Positions 9,347-18,944 are shown, numbered from the stretch's first letter. The stretch is DNA of 64,000 nucleotides from Bacteroidales bacterium (GCA_040768485.1 JAXGMU010000006.1:16349-80348), one strand, 5' to 3'. The notes: generated from the sequence alone by a model not told the origin. Made by a program: numbers and translations.

Positions 9347-10639
9347 TTAGAGACTCCAGTAATTGAGGGAGGAGATCCGTCCCCTGAAGATCCCCTTCAG
9401 GTCGGCAAACACCGCTCCCGGAACGGTGATGGAGCGGAAGTACTCCTCATCCAGCATGGCATACTCCCTGTGATTCACTGCCACCACGATCCCGTGATAG
9501 GGTCCCTGAATGGAAGGGGAAAGCTCAAATCCGTACTCTTTGCGGATCTCATCAGGGGAGGCATGGGGGTCCACCACCTCCACCTTCACCCCGAACTCCT
9601 TCAGTTCACTGACCACATCGGCTACCTTGGAGTTCCGGATATCACTCACGTTCTCCTTGAAAGTGGCACCCATCACCAGCACCCTGCAATCCTTCAGGTT
9701 GGGAAAGATCGAAGAGAGTTTCAGGGTCACCTGCCGGGCCACATAGGCTGCCATTCCGTCATTGATCGCCCTTCCGGCATTGATGATCTGGGCATGGTGA
9801 CCGAACTTTGCCGATTTGTAGGTAAGGTAATAGGGATCCACGCCGATGCAGTGCCCCCCCACCAGTCCGGGCTGGAACTTCAGGAAGTTCCATTTGGTGC
9901 CCGCGGCTTCCAGGACCTCGTAGGTATTGATCCCCATCTTGTTGAAGATCATTGACAGTTCGTTCATGAATGCAATGTTGATATCCCGCTGTGCATTCTC
10001 GATGATCTTCGCTGCCTCGGCGACCTTGATGGAGCTGGCCCTGTGCACGCCGGCCTCGATGACCAGCTCGTAGGTTTTGGCAATCTCCCCGGCCGATTCG
10101 GCATCGCATCCCGAGGTAACCTTTGCGATCTTCGTCAGGGTATGTTCCCGGTCGCCCGGATTGATCCGCTCGGGGGAAAACCCCACCTTGAACTGGTCAA
10201 TGTATTTGAGCCCGGAAAGCTTGCTCAGTAATGGAATGCAATCCTCCTCTGTGCATCCGGGATATACGGTTGATTCGTACACCACGTAATCCCCCTCGGA
10301 AAGCACCTTTCCCACCGTTTCGGTGGCCGATATCACAGGTCTCAGGTCGGGTTTCTTGTGCTCATCGACGGGGGTCGGGACGGCAACCACGTAAAATGAG
10401 GCTTCCCTGATGTCTTCAAGGCTGGAAGTGAATTTGATATCGCAGCCTTCAAAGGCTTCTGGTCCCAGTTCATTGCTGGGATCGATCCGCTGCTTCATCA
10501 GCCGGACGCGGTCCTCCCGGATATCGAAGCCGATGACCGGAATTTTCCTGGCAAATTCGAGTGCGATGGGCAATCCGACATATCCCAGTCCGATGACTGC
10601 CATCTTTTTTTTCTTCTGAATCAGATCATTGTAAATCAT
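9347..10639 (-). CDS. Nucleotide-sugar 6-dehydrogenase, UDP-N-acetylhexosamine type (WbpA/TviB/WecC-like)
   Basis: 430 aa. KKMAVIGLGYVGLPIALEF NAD-binding motif and the GGHCIGVDPYY catalytic-Cys motif. Confidence 0.75.
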   Translation of the reverse strand: MIYNDLIQKKKKMAVIGLGYVGLPIALEFARKIPVIGFDIREDRVRLMKQRIDPSNELGPEAFEGCDIKFTSSLEDIREASFYVVAVPTPVDEHKKPDLRPVISATETVGKVLSEGDYVVYESTVYPGCTEEDCIPLLSKLSGLKYIDQFKVGFSPERINPGDREHTLTKIAKVTSGCDAESAGEIAKTYELVIEAGVHRASSIKVAEAAKIIENAQRDINIAFMNELSMIFNKMGINTYEVLEAAGTKWNFLKFQPGLVGGHCIGVDPYYLTYKSAKFGHHAQIINAGRAINDGMAAYVARQVTLKLSSIFPNLKDCRVLVMGATFKENVSDIRNSKVADVVSELKEFGVKVEVVDPHASPDEIRKEYGFELSPSIQGPYHGIVVAVNHREYAMLDEEYFRSITVPGAVFADLKGIFRGRISSLNYWSL

Positions 10640-11595
10640 CTCGTAATTTTTTTAATGATGGGATGGTAATCTCCTTTGATCCCCACCGGGTTGGCATTGC
10701 GGATGGCATATACCGTCTGGATCGATTTGCGCGCATCCTCCAGACCGAACCCTTTTCCTTCCAGGATCTTCTGGTATGAGATTGTATGCAGGTCGGTAAA
10801 TCCGCCGCTGAATTCGATCTCTTTTCCGTCAAGGGTAATGGACCGGTAAGTGCGCTGCCCGTTGTCCCGGATCTCCCGGGGAATGTCGTTGTATTCGATG
10901 CTCAGGAACCAGCGCACACGTGCTTTTTCAAGCTCCAGGAAGCCAGCGGCCCTGCTCTGTTCCAGGAAGTGGACGATGTTCAGTTTCACCTCCCCGAAGA
11001 TCCAGGTGAGCATGTCAAAGAAATGAACCCCGATGTTGGTGGCGATCCCTCCTGATTTCTCCTGGTTCCCTTTCCAGGAGTAATGGTACCAGTTCCCCCT
11101 GCTGGTGATGTATGAGAGATCAATGTCGTAGGTCCGGCCGGCCGGGCCTTCCAGCACCTGCTCGCGGAGTGCGGCAATGGAGGGATGGTGCCGCAGCTGA
11201 AGGATATTCCAGACCTTTTTCCCGGTTTCGTGCTGGTAATCCAGCAGCGCATCAATGTTCCAGGGATTCAGCACGACCGGTTTTTCACAGATGGCTTCCG
11301 CTTCGTTCCGGAGGGCAAACCGGATGTGCGAATCGTGGAGGTAGTTGGGTGAACAGATGCTTACATAATCCACTTTTTTCCCGGTCCGGTTCATCCTGGC
11401 AATGTGCCGGTCAAACCGTTCAAATTCGGTAAAAAAATCTGCATCGGGGAAATAACTGTCAATAAAACCCACGCTGTCGAAGGGATCCAGGGCCGCCACC
11501 AGGTCGTTTCCGGTATCCCGGATGGCCCTGACGTGTCTTTCGGCAATGTAGCCGGCCACCCCGATCAAAGCAAAATTCTTCACTGGTTCTGTCAT
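10636..11595 (-). CDS. Gfo/Idh/MocA-family oxidoreductase, WbpB-like (UDP-GlcNAcA 3-dehydrogenase type)
   Basis: 319 aa. FALIGVAGYIAERHVRAI N-terminal Rossmann motif. ATGA overlap with the dehydrogenase gene. Context of aminotransferase and acetyltransferase genes. Confidence 0.7.
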   Translation of the reverse strand: MTEPVKNFALIGVAGYIAERHVRAIRDTGNDLVAALDPFDSVGFIDSYFPDADFFTEFERFDRHIARMNRTGKKVDYVSICSPNYLHDSHIRFALRNEAEAICEKPVVLNPWNIDALLDYQHETGKKVWNILQLRHHPSIAALREQVLEGPAGRTYDIDLSYITSRGNWYHYSWKGNQEKSGGIATNIGVHFFDMLTWIFGEVKLNIVHFLEQSRAAGFLELEKARVRWFLSIEYNDIPREIRDNGQRTYRSITLDGKEIEFSGGFTDLHTISYQKILEGKGFGLEDARKSIQTVYAIRNANPVGIKGDYHPIIKKITR

Positions 11596-11596
11596 A

Positions 11597-12175
11597 TCAG
11601 GACTCTATTTTTGTCACGACGCCGTCCCGGAGCCTGTAGCGTTCATGGCTCTCGGGACAGGTAGCGATGTTCTCCTCGTCAAAATGGAGGCGGTGACCAT
11701 ACTCACTCATCCAGCCCACCTGCCTGGCCGGGTTGCCCACCACCAGGGCATAAGGTTTTACCTCACGGGTCACCACCGCACCCGCACCGATGAATGCAAA
11801 TTTACCGATGCTGTTTCCACAGACAACGGTGGCATTGGCGCCGATGGTGGCCCCCCTGCCCACCACGGTGGCCATGTATTCGTCCCTTCGCCTGACAGCA
11901 CTGCGGGGATTGATCACATTGGTGAAGACCATGGAAGGGCCCAGGAAGACATCATCCTCGCAGATAACCCCTGTATAGATGGACACATTGTTCTGGACCT
12001 TCACATTGTTCCCCAGCACCACTTCGGGCGAGACCACCACATTCTGGCCAAGGTTGCAGTTTTCGCCGATGACACAACCCGTCATGATGTGGCAGAAATG
12101 CCAGATCTTTGTCCCCGCGCCGATCTGCACGCCTTCATCAATTATCGCTGTTTCGTGTGCAAAATAGTCTTTCAT
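11597..12175 (-). CDS. Hexapeptide-repeat sugar N-acetyltransferase, WbpD-like
   Basis: 192 aa. Left-handed beta-helix repeats (IGENCNLGQNVVV, LGNNVKVQNNVSI, IGANATVVCGNSIG) and the C-terminal GNPARQVGWMSEYG. Confidence 0.75.
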   Translation of the reverse strand: MKDYFAHETAIIDEGVQIGAGTKIWHFCHIMTGCVIGENCNLGQNVVVSPEVVLGNNVKVQNNVSIYTGVICEDDVFLGPSMVFTNVINPRSAVRRRDEYMATVVGRGATIGANATVVCGNSIGKFAFIGAGAVVTREVKPYALVVGNPARQVGWMSEYGHRLHFDEENIATCPESHERYRLRDGVVTKIES

Positions 12176-12178
12176 GTT

Positions 12179-13309
12179 TCACAGTTTGAAAAAGGCGCGG
12201 ACCTGTCCGGCGATGTACGAGAGCTGTTCCGTGTCCAGTTCCGTGTGCATGGGAAGGGAAAGCACTTCTTGTGATAGTTTTTCAGCCACCGGAAAATCAC
12301 CCACACCGTATCCCAGGTCCGCATAGGCATGCTGCAGGTGGAGCGGGACCGGGTAATAGACCATGGAAGGGATCTTCTTTCCCGCCAGCCATTCCTTCAG
12401 GGGATCCCTGACTTCCCGGGGAACCCGGATGGTGTACTGGTGGAAGACATGAGTGGAGTAGGGAGAGCGTTCGGGGATGTTCAGACCTGCGATGCCCGAG
12501 AATGCTTCATCGTAGAACAGGGCCGCCTGCTGCCTGGCAAGGTGATAGGCCGGGAGCTGTTTCAGCTTCACCCGGAGGATGGCCGCCTGCAGGGTATCCA
12601 GCCTGGAATTGACCCCCACATAGTCGTAATAATAGCGCTGCTTCATCCCGTGGTTTACCAGGGCGCTTATTTTTTCGGCCAGCGTGTCATCGTTGGTGAA
12701 TAGTGCCCCGCCGTCCCCGTAGGCCCCCAGGTTTTTGGAGGGGAAGAAGGAGGTGGTGCCCACGTCCCCGATGGTTCCGGCTTTGCGGGTGGATCCGTCG
12801 GAGAAGAGATAATCGGCACCGATGGCCTGTGCGTTGTCCTCGATCACAAACAGCCCGTATTCGGACGCAAGTTCCATGATGCGCTCCATGTGGGCACATT
12901 GTCCGAACAGATGTACCGGGACGATGGCCTTTGTGCGTTCGGTGATCACGTCCCGGAGCAAAAGGGGATCCATATTAAAGCTGCCCTTCTCCACATCCAC
13001 CAGAAGGGGCTTCATTCCCAGAAGCTTGATCACTTCGATGGTGGAGATAAACGTGAAGGGGGTTGTGATCACCTCATCGCCGGGCTGAAGTCCGAGGGCC
13101 ATCATGGCCACCTGCAGGGCATCGGTACCGTTCCCGCACGCAATGGTTTGGCCGGCTCCCGTGTAGGCCGAAAGTTCGTCCTGGAGAAGAAAGACTTCCT
13201 TCCCCTTGATAAATGCCGTGGAATCGATCACCCTCTGAATTGCCTCATCCACTTCCGTTTTGATCTTCAGATACTGGCCGTGGAGATCCACCATCTGTAT
13301 CTCTTTCAT
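12179..13309 (-). CDS. DegT/DnrJ/EryC1/StrS-family sugar aminotransferase, WbpE-like
   Basis: MKEIQMVDLHGQYLKIK start (ATG 13309-13307) and the PLP-lysine motif TSFFPSKNLGAYGDGGA. Confidence 0.8.
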   Translation of the reverse strand: MKEIQMVDLHGQYLKIKTEVDEAIQRVIDSTAFIKGKEVFLLQDELSAYTGAGQTIACGNGTDALQVAMMALGLQPGDEVITTPFTFISTIEVIKLLGMKPLLVDVEKGSFNMDPLLLRDVITERTKAIVPVHLFGQCAHMERIMELASEYGLFVIEDNAQAIGADYLFSDGSTRKAGTIGDVGTTSFFPSKNLGAYGDGGALFTNDDTLAEKISALVNHGMKQRYYYDYVGVNSRLDTLQAAILRVKLKQLPAYHLARQQAALFYDEAFSGIAGLNIPERSPYSTHVFHQYTIRVPREVRDPLKEWLAGKKIPSMVYYPVPLHLQHAYADLGYGVGDFPVAEKLSQEVLSLPMHTELDTEQLSYIAGQVRAFFKL

Positions 13310-13386
13310 CGCAGCCCCTTTATGCATAAACGGGTAAGATAATTATCAAACAGTGTACGAAGATAATAAAAAAGGGTTTTATAATT

Positions 13387-13394
13387 TAGTTTTG
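13387..13394 (+). promoter_or_regulatory. Candidate -7 promoter box TAGTTTTG
   Basis: Matches TAnnTTTG, 36 nt upstream of the preferred ATG at 13430. I saw no clear -33 TTG. Confidence 0.3.
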
Positions 13395-13429
13395 AAATCA
13401 TCATGGCTGTGAGTACATTTACCAGTGCA

Positions 13430-14608
13430 ATGAAATCAGAAGTGGTCATCGGAAAATATATCAGGCAGCTGCTTTCAGAGGGCAAGCGTGTCATCCTGCC
13501 GGGCTTCGGCAATCTTCAGATGAAAGAGGTTCCCGGTGAAGTCCCTCCTTCAGGGGGGAAGATCCGGCCGCCCGGTCCGTCGGTCCGTTTTGACGAAAAA
13601 TACAGCAAGGATGACGGGCTGCTTGCCTCAACCTGTTCGGCAGGTGAACATATGGATCCGGGGGAAGCCGAGCAGCAGGTGCTGGAACTGGTGGATGCCA
13701 TCCGGTTTGCCCTGGACAAGGGTGAGAATTATCTTCTTCCCGACACAGGGACATTCAGCCGGGATGATGAAGGGAAAGTGCATTTCCATACAGATCCCGC
13801 GTGGGTCCTTGAGCCCGATCAGTACGGACTGGAACCCATGGACCTTTTGGAGCTGGACGAATCTGCCGCTCTTCAGGCTGAATCTACCGGCGGGAAGGAT
13901 TCCGCGGAAGTGCCTGCGGGGGAAGAGCCTGCGGGGGAAGAACCTGCAGGAGAATCATTTGCAGGGGAGACCCATGCCGAAGAGCCGGTACGCACCGCCC
14001 GGTCGGCCGAACATTTCACCCCGTCCTGGTTGACACCGGAGCCCCAGGAGAAACCGAAGCGCAGGAGGCCTGCCTGGAGGGCCATCTGGATCATCACTGC
14101 CTCCCTGATCCTGATCCTGCTTGCACTGATCTTTATTCCGCTGAACCGTTCGAAGGAAGGAGGGATTCAGTTCGGAAGGGAAGGGATCATCCTGAAGAAA
14201 AAAAGCACGCAGCCGGCTACGCAGCCGGTGGTGACAGCGCCGGCGGAGTCTGAAGCAGCAGCAGGGATGGAAAGTGAGGGTGAAGCCGGGCTGGAAAGTG
14301 CCGGAGCCCGATCAGAGGAGGTCGCCCCGGAAACAGGGGGACAGGAGGCAACCGGTGCGTCAGCCGGACAACAGGAGACCCGGAACAAATACTTTATCAT
14401 CGCGGGAAGCTTCCGGCACCTGAAAAATGCCAGTGAACTGCAGGACCAGTTGAGGGCACAGGGGTACAGAGCGGAGGTGATGATCACCGATGACCGCATG
14501 TACCGGGTAAGCGTAGCCTCCTATGCCACCCAGCAGGAGGCGCTCAGGAGGCTGGAGGGCTTCAAGGCGGAACCGGGGCTGCAGAATTGCTGGCTGCTAG
14601 CCCGTTAG
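13430..14608 (+). CDS. HU-like N-terminal domain / SPOR C-terminal domain protein with one TM segment
   Basis: MKSEVVIGKYIRQLLSEGKRVILPGFGNL (HU-fold-like). A TM helix (AIWIITASLILILLALIFIPL). C-terminal SPOR-like KYFIIAGSFRHLKNASELQDQLRAQGYRAEVM. The track ORF starts 9 codons earlier at 13403. Confidence 0.7.
   Translation: MKSEVVIGKYIRQLLSEGKRVILPGFGNLQMKEVPGEVPPSGGKIRPPGPSVRFDEKYSKDDGLLASTCSAGEHMDPGEAEQQVLELVDAIRFALDKGENYLLPDTGTFSRDDEGKVHFHTDPAWVLEPDQYGLEPMDLLELDESAALQAESTGGKDSAEVPAGEEPAGEEPAGESFAGETHAEEPVRTARSAEHFTPSWLTPEPQEKPKRRRPAWRAIWIITASLILILLALIFIPLNRSKEGGIQFGREGIILKKKSTQPATQPVVTAPAESEAAAGMESEGEAGLESAGARSEEVAPETGGQEATGASAGQQETRNKYFIIAGSFRHLKNASELQDQLRAQGYRAEVMITDDRMYRVSVASYATQQEALRRLEGFKAEPGLQNCWLLAR
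13913..13972 (+). repeat. Four degenerating 15-nt tandem repeats inside the HU/SPOR gene (PAGEE-PAGEE-PAGES-FAGET)
   Basis: cctgcgggggaagag / cctgcgggggaagaa / cctgcaggagaatca / tttgcaggggagacc, read directly from the sequence. Confidence 0.8.
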
Positions 14609-14631
14609 CCTCCCCTGGATCCGATCCAGGA

Positions 14632-16668
14632 TCAGTTGATCTCCGAACCATTCAACGCTTCGGCCGCAGGCTGGATGAAATGTAATGAGCCATCCGGATT
14701 CTCCGCCAGCAGGATCATTCCCTTTGATTCGATCCCCCTGATGTTCCTGGGCGCCAGGTTGGCGAGGACGGTGACCTTTTTTCCGGGCAGTTCAACGGGA
14801 TCGTAGTACTCGGCGATCCCGGAAACAATGGTCCGCCGTTCCATGCCCAGGTCCACGGTCATCCGGATCAGTTTCTTTGTTTTGGGGACCTTTTCCGCCT
14901 CCAGGATGGTCCCAGCCCTGAGATCCATTCTGGTGAAATCCTCGAAGGAGATCTCCTCCTTCAGGGGGGCTACATTGTCCGGTGCCTGATTATTGTTCCT
15001 GCTTTGCATCAGTTTATCCAATTGTGCGGTGATCTGTTCGTCCTCGATCTTTTCGAACAGGAGGGAGGGTGTTCCGATGACATGTCCCGCTTTCAGCAGG
15101 TCCGGTTTGCCGGTCAGCTCCCAGGAGGTCTCCCCGAAGCGGAGCATCTCACGAAGCTTTTTCATGGAAAAAGGCAGGAACGGGTCCAGGAGCAGTGTCA
15201 GGCCGGCAGAGATCTGAAGAGCGACATTCAGGATCGTGGCCACCTTATCCGGGTCCTGTTTGATCAGTTTCCAGGGTTCCGTTTCCGCCAGGTACTTGTT
15301 CCCCAGCCTGGCCAGGTCCATGGCCACTTTCACCGCCTCCCTGAAACGGAAATTCTCCAGGCTCTGCTCCACGCTGTCCCTGATGGTACCGATCTGTTCA
15401 AGCACCTCGCTGTCAGCGGGAGCCAGTTCTGTAACCGCAGGCACTTTTCCGCCGAAATACTTATGGGTCAGCACCATGGCACGGTTTACAAAATTTCCCA
15501 GGATGGCCACCAGTTCGTTGTTGTTGCGGTTCTGGAAATCTTTCCACGTGAAGTCGTTGTCCTTGGCCTCCGGTGCGTTGGCACAGAGCACATACCGAAG
15601 CACATCCTGCTTTCCGGGGAAATCCTCCAGGTATTCGTGCAGCCAAACGGCCCAGTTGCGCGAGGTGGAGATCTTGTCGTTTTCCAGGTTCAGGAATTCG
15701 TTGGCAGGCACATTGTCGGGCAGGATATAACTCCCCTCCGCCTTTAACATGACCGGGAAGATGATGCAGTGGAACACGATGTTGTCCTTGCCGATGAAGT
15801 GGATCATCCGCGTATCCCCGTCCTTCCAGTATTTTTCCCACTCCGGGGTCAGCTCCCTGGTGGCGGAAATATACCCGATGGGTGCATCGAACCATACGTA
15901 AAGCACCTTTCCTTCGGCATCTTCAAGGGGGACCGGCACCCCCCAGTCCAGGTCCCTGCTCACGGCCCTTGGCTGCAGTCCCTGATCCAGCCATGATTTG
16001 CACTGTCCGTATACATTGGATTTCCATTCCCGGTGATCCTCGAGGATCCATTTTTTGAGCCAGCTTTCATACCGGTCCAGCGGCAGGTACCAGTGCCTGG
16101 TTTCTTTCAAAACCGGCTTGCTGCCACTGATGGTGGAGACCGGGTTGATCAGGTCGGAAGGACTGAGCGAGGTGCCGCATTGCTCGCACTGGTCGCCGTA
16201 CGCACAGGGGTTTCCGCAGTGGGGACAGGTCCCCGTGATGTACCGGTCCGCCAGGAAAGCGGCCGCTTCCTCATCGTAATACTGTTCCGAGGTCTTTTCC
16301 ACGAATACCCCTTTTTCATAAAGGGTTGTGAAAAATTGTGAAGCTGTCTCGTAGTGTACCTGGCTGGTGGTGCGTGCGTAAATGTCAAAGGTGATCCCGA
16401 AATCCTCGAAAGCTTTCTTGTTCAGGGTGTGGTAGCGGTCCACCACCTCCTGCGGGGTGGTCCCCTCGTGCCTGGCTTTCAGGGTGATGGGCACTCCGTG
16501 CTCGTCCGATCCGCAGATGGAGATCACATCCCTGCCCCGCTGCCTCAGGTAACGGACATAGATATCGGAAGGAACATACACCCCTGCCAGGTGGCCAAGG
16601 TGGAGGGGCCCGTTCGCATAGGGCAGTGCGGAGGTGACCAGGGTCCGTTTGAAAGATCGTTTCGTCAT
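14632..16668 (-). CDS. metG: Methionine--tRNA ligase
   Basis: 678 aa. [16 protein letters not shown] (HIGH), KISTSRN (KMSKS-like), CPHCG and CEQCG zinc knuckles, and a C-terminal tRNA-binding domain. Confidence 0.95.
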   Translation of the reverse strand: MTKRSFKRTLVTSALPYANGPLHLGHLAGVYVPSDIYVRYLRQRGRDVISICGSDEHGVPITLKARHEGTTPQEVVDRYHTLNKKAFEDFGITFDIYARTTSQVHYETASQFFTTLYEKGVFVEKTSEQYYDEEAAAFLADRYITGTCPHCGNPCAYGDQCEQCGTSLSPSDLINPVSTISGSKPVLKETRHWYLPLDRYESWLKKWILEDHREWKSNVYGQCKSWLDQGLQPRAVSRDLDWGVPVPLEDAEGKVLYVWFDAPIGYISATRELTPEWEKYWKDGDTRMIHFIGKDNIVFHCIIFPVMLKAEGSYILPDNVPANEFLNLENDKISTSRNWAVWLHEYLEDFPGKQDVLRYVLCANAPEAKDNDFTWKDFQNRNNNELVAILGNFVNRAMVLTHKYFGGKVPAVTELAPADSEVLEQIGTIRDSVEQSLENFRFREAVKVAMDLARLGNKYLAETEPWKLIKQDPDKVATILNVALQISAGLTLLLDPFLPFSMKKLREMLRFGETSWELTGKPDLLKAGHVIGTPSLLFEKIEDEQITAQLDKLMQSRNNNQAPDNVAPLKEEISFEDFTRMDLRAGTILEAEKVPKTKKLIRMTVDLGMERRTIVSGIAEYYDPVELPGKKVTVLANLAPRNIRGIESKGMILLAENPDGSLHFIQPAAEALNGSEIN

Positions 16669-16802
16669 ACGTCAACTCGAAATTTTGGTTAAACCCGGAG
16701 GTTCAAGAACGTGAAAGCCGCACAAAGATAGGATAAAATGAGCTGTCACCCATGGCTGATGGAGCACGAATTTGCCATATCAAGGGGAAAGAAACATCTG
16801 AC

Positions 16803-17165
16803 ATGAATCATTGCCGGTTCGGAAGGAACGCGGAACAGGTGGCTGCCCGCTACCTGATGACCCGGGGGTACCGTATCTGGAAGGCCAACTGGCGCTGGGG
16901 TAAGAAGGAGCTGGACCTGATCACAATCCACAACAGGGAGCTGGTGATCGTGGAGGTGAAATCCATGGAAGGGAACCGGGTGAACCAGCCCTGGGATGTG
17001 GTGGACGGGAAAAAACAGCGGCACATCATCCTGGCAGCCGATGCCTTTATCCGGCTCTACCATGTCCGCCTGCCCGTCCGCTTCGATGTGATCGCGGTTT
17101 ATTATCATTCCGGCGGGGTGGAGATCGAGCACATTGAGAATGCATTCTATCCGCAGGCGGAATAG
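16803..17165 (+). CDS. yraN: YraN-family (UPF0102) endonuclease
   Basis: GRNAEQVAARYLMTRGYRIWKANWRWGKKELDLITIHNRELVIVEVKS is the family signature. Start placed at ATG 16803. Confidence 0.8.
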   Translation: MNHCRFGRNAEQVAARYLMTRGYRIWKANWRWGKKELDLITIHNRELVIVEVKSMEGNRVNQPWDVVDGKKQRHIILAADAFIRLYHVRLPVRFDVIAVYYHSGGVEIEHIENAFYPQAE

Positions 17166-17282
17166 GAATCCCCGGGACAGGAGCTGATCGCTAAATCAGA
17201 GAAATAGAAAAAGCACACGATCTGTCCCATCTATGTATGCAGGGAACTCATTATTTCGTACCTTTATTTAAGGATATTTGCC

Positions 17283-17594
17283 ATGTCAGCAAGGGATGCA
17301 AAACATATCGTACTCAGTGATGGTGGGAAAAAAATCAGGTTGCGAAAATCCCTTTTCTGGGATTTACCTGCAAACAGGCCTGATCTTCAAAAGAACAAGA
17401 AGTTAGTTATCGAGAGGGTGTTTACAAGGGGTAATGTCGAAGAATTTCAGGCCATAAACAGGTATTATTCCAGGGATGAGATCAGGAAGGCCGTTCTACA
17501 AATAGGCAGCCTTGATAACAGAACCCTTCATTTTATTTCGAGTGTATATCAGCTTAATCCAGATGATTTTCTATGCTACAAAAAGAAGCAGTAG
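17283..17594 (+). CDS. DUF6922-like small protein, putative antitoxin/partner of the downstream nucleotidyltransferase
   Basis: 103 aa. LFWDLPANRPDLQKNKKLVIERVFTRGNVEEF resembles the FWD..., ..IERV... pattern I recall for DUF6922. 22-nt overlap with the next gene. Low-GC region. Confidence 0.5.
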   Translation: MSARDAKHIVLSDGGKKIRLRKSLFWDLPANRPDLQKNKKLVIERVFTRGNVEEFQAINRYYSRDEIRKAVLQIGSLDNRTLHFISSVYQLNPDDFLCYKKKQ

Positions 17595-18211
17595 ACAAAA
17601 CGGTGCTGGATCTGTTATTTGCATTACAGGAAAAAGACTACCTGAAAGATTTCTTTCTTGTTGGAGGCACCGGACTGGCGCTTATGATCGGTCATCGCAA
17701 ATCCAATGATATAGACCTTTTTACACCACTGGATTTTGATGTTGAGGAACTGTTGGAAAAGATTGAATCTGATTTCACTTTTCACATGGACTTTGTTGAG
17801 AAGAATACCATCAGAGGCAGTGCAGATGGAGTCAAGGTGGATTTTTTGGCCCATAAATATCCCATGATCAATGAAATTCAGAATATTGAAGGCTTGCGAA
17901 TCGCCTCCACGGATGATATTGCGGCCATGAAGGTCAATTCCATTTCAAATGATGGAACAAGGGTAAAAGACTTCATCGATATCTATTTCCTGATGTGTGA
18001 GCATGGTTATCATGTGAAGAGACTGCTAAAAGACTACGAACAAAAATACACACACAGAAATATCCTGCATGCCCTGAAAAGCCTGAATTATTTTAAAGAT
18101 GTGAATGTTGCTGATTGGCCTGAAATGATTATAAAAAAGGAAACAGGCTGGGATGAAATGAGGAGTGAGATAGACAGGGCATGCAAGGACTATATCAGAA
18201 CCATTATGTAA
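17573..18211 (+). CDS. Nucleotidyltransferase AbiEii/AbiGii toxin-family protein (short form)
   Basis: 212 aa. FFLVGGTGLALMIGHRKSNDIDLFT is the GGTAL...R.S.DIDhF nucleotidyltransferase signature of the AbiEii (DUF1814) family. Confidence 0.7.
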   Translation: MLQKEAVDKTVLDLLFALQEKDYLKDFFLVGGTGLALMIGHRKSNDIDLFTPLDFDVEELLEKIESDFTFHMDFVEKNTIRGSADGVKVDFLAHKYPMINEIQNIEGLRIASTDDIAAMKVNSISNDGTRVKDFIDIYFLMCEHGYHVKRLLKDYEQKYTHRNILHALKSLNYFKDVNVADWPEMIIKKETGWDEMRSEIDRACKDYIRTIM

Positions 18212-18273
18212 CCAAAACCCGGGGTTACTGAAGGGTATCTCGTCGCTAAATTCAACCTGATGTTCAGGATCAG

Positions 18274-18289
18274 AGACCGGATCCGGTCT
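18274..18289. terminator. 16-nt perfect GC-rich palindrome between convergent genes (candidate bidirectional terminator)
   Basis: agaccggatccggtct equals its own reverse complement. It lies 1 nt from the vapC stop and 62 nt after the AbiEii-like stop. Confidence 0.45.
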
Positions 18290-18290
18290 G

Positions 18291-18704
18291 TCAGGTATTT
18301 GGAGGTGCAATAAGATTCAGATCAGGATAATAAGATTTGTATCTTGAAATATCCCTTATGATTACATTGAAGTCAGAGACCATTGCATGTGCTCCAATGT
18401 AAAAATCAGGGAGTGTTGAATGTCTGGCAGCACTGGTTTTTCTGTAATTTAAAAAAATCTTACCCGCCAGAAACAGGGCTTCCCGCGGTATTTCAAGGAC
18501 CTTGATCCCGATTTGTTCTAATGCAGCTTCAACTTCTTCTATCCGATTAAAGCCAATGGATACCTCGGTGTAAATGATTGAATTGATGAACAGAGTATTG
18601 GTTTGTCCGTATTGTCCCAGTATATTTTCCGACCAATCGGCCCATACGGGGTCATTGGTAAATAGATCGAGCAAAACACATGAATCAACGAGAACTCCGT
18701 TCAT
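18291..18704 (-). CDS. vapC: Type II toxin-antitoxin system VapC-family PIN-domain toxin
   Basis: 137 aa. MNGVLVDSCVLLDLF (first acidic PIN residue) and PDFYIGAHAMV (typical DxxIAA-like segment). Overlaps the upstream antitoxin gene by 20 nt. Confidence 0.8.
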   Translation of the reverse strand: MNGVLVDSCVLLDLFTNDPVWADWSENILGQYGQTNTLFINSIIYTEVSIGFNRIEEVEAALEQIGIKVLEIPREALFLAGKIFLNYRKTSAARHSTLPDFYIGAHAMVSDFNVIIRDISRYKSYYPDLNLIAPPNT

Positions 18705-18924
18705 TCCATTTTCTGGTTAGATTCATGATTTCGTCAGTTGACATCCTGGCCGTGGCAATACCACGAAGCCTGGTAAATTTCTTTGCAGGTTTGTTCCCTG
18801 AGGTCTTGACGATATAAAATTTCCCATTCTCCTCCACGAAATCAATGTCTGTCTCCGGAACGATACCTAAGATCTCTCTGACTCTTCTTGGAATAGTTAC
18901 CTGCCCTTTTGTTGTTACCCGCAT
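18685..18924 (-). CDS. vapB: AbrB/MazE/SpoVT-family antitoxin (VapB)
   Basis: MRVTTKGQVTIPRRVREILGI looped-hinge-helix motif. Start at ATG 18924-18922; the track ORF extends 23 codons further upstream. Confidence 0.75.
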   Translation of the reverse strand: MRVTTKGQVTIPRRVREILGIVPETDIDFVEENGKFYIVKTSGNKPAKKFTRLRGIATARMSTDEIMNLTRKWNERSSR

Positions 18925-18944
18925 GATGATCTCTCTTGGAATTA

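Noticed and set aside
13913-13972. 15-nt tandem repeats considered as a CRISPR-like or regulatory repeat array.
   Set aside because: The repeats are contiguous with no spacers, in frame, and inside a coding region, where they encode a PAGEE low-complexity linker.
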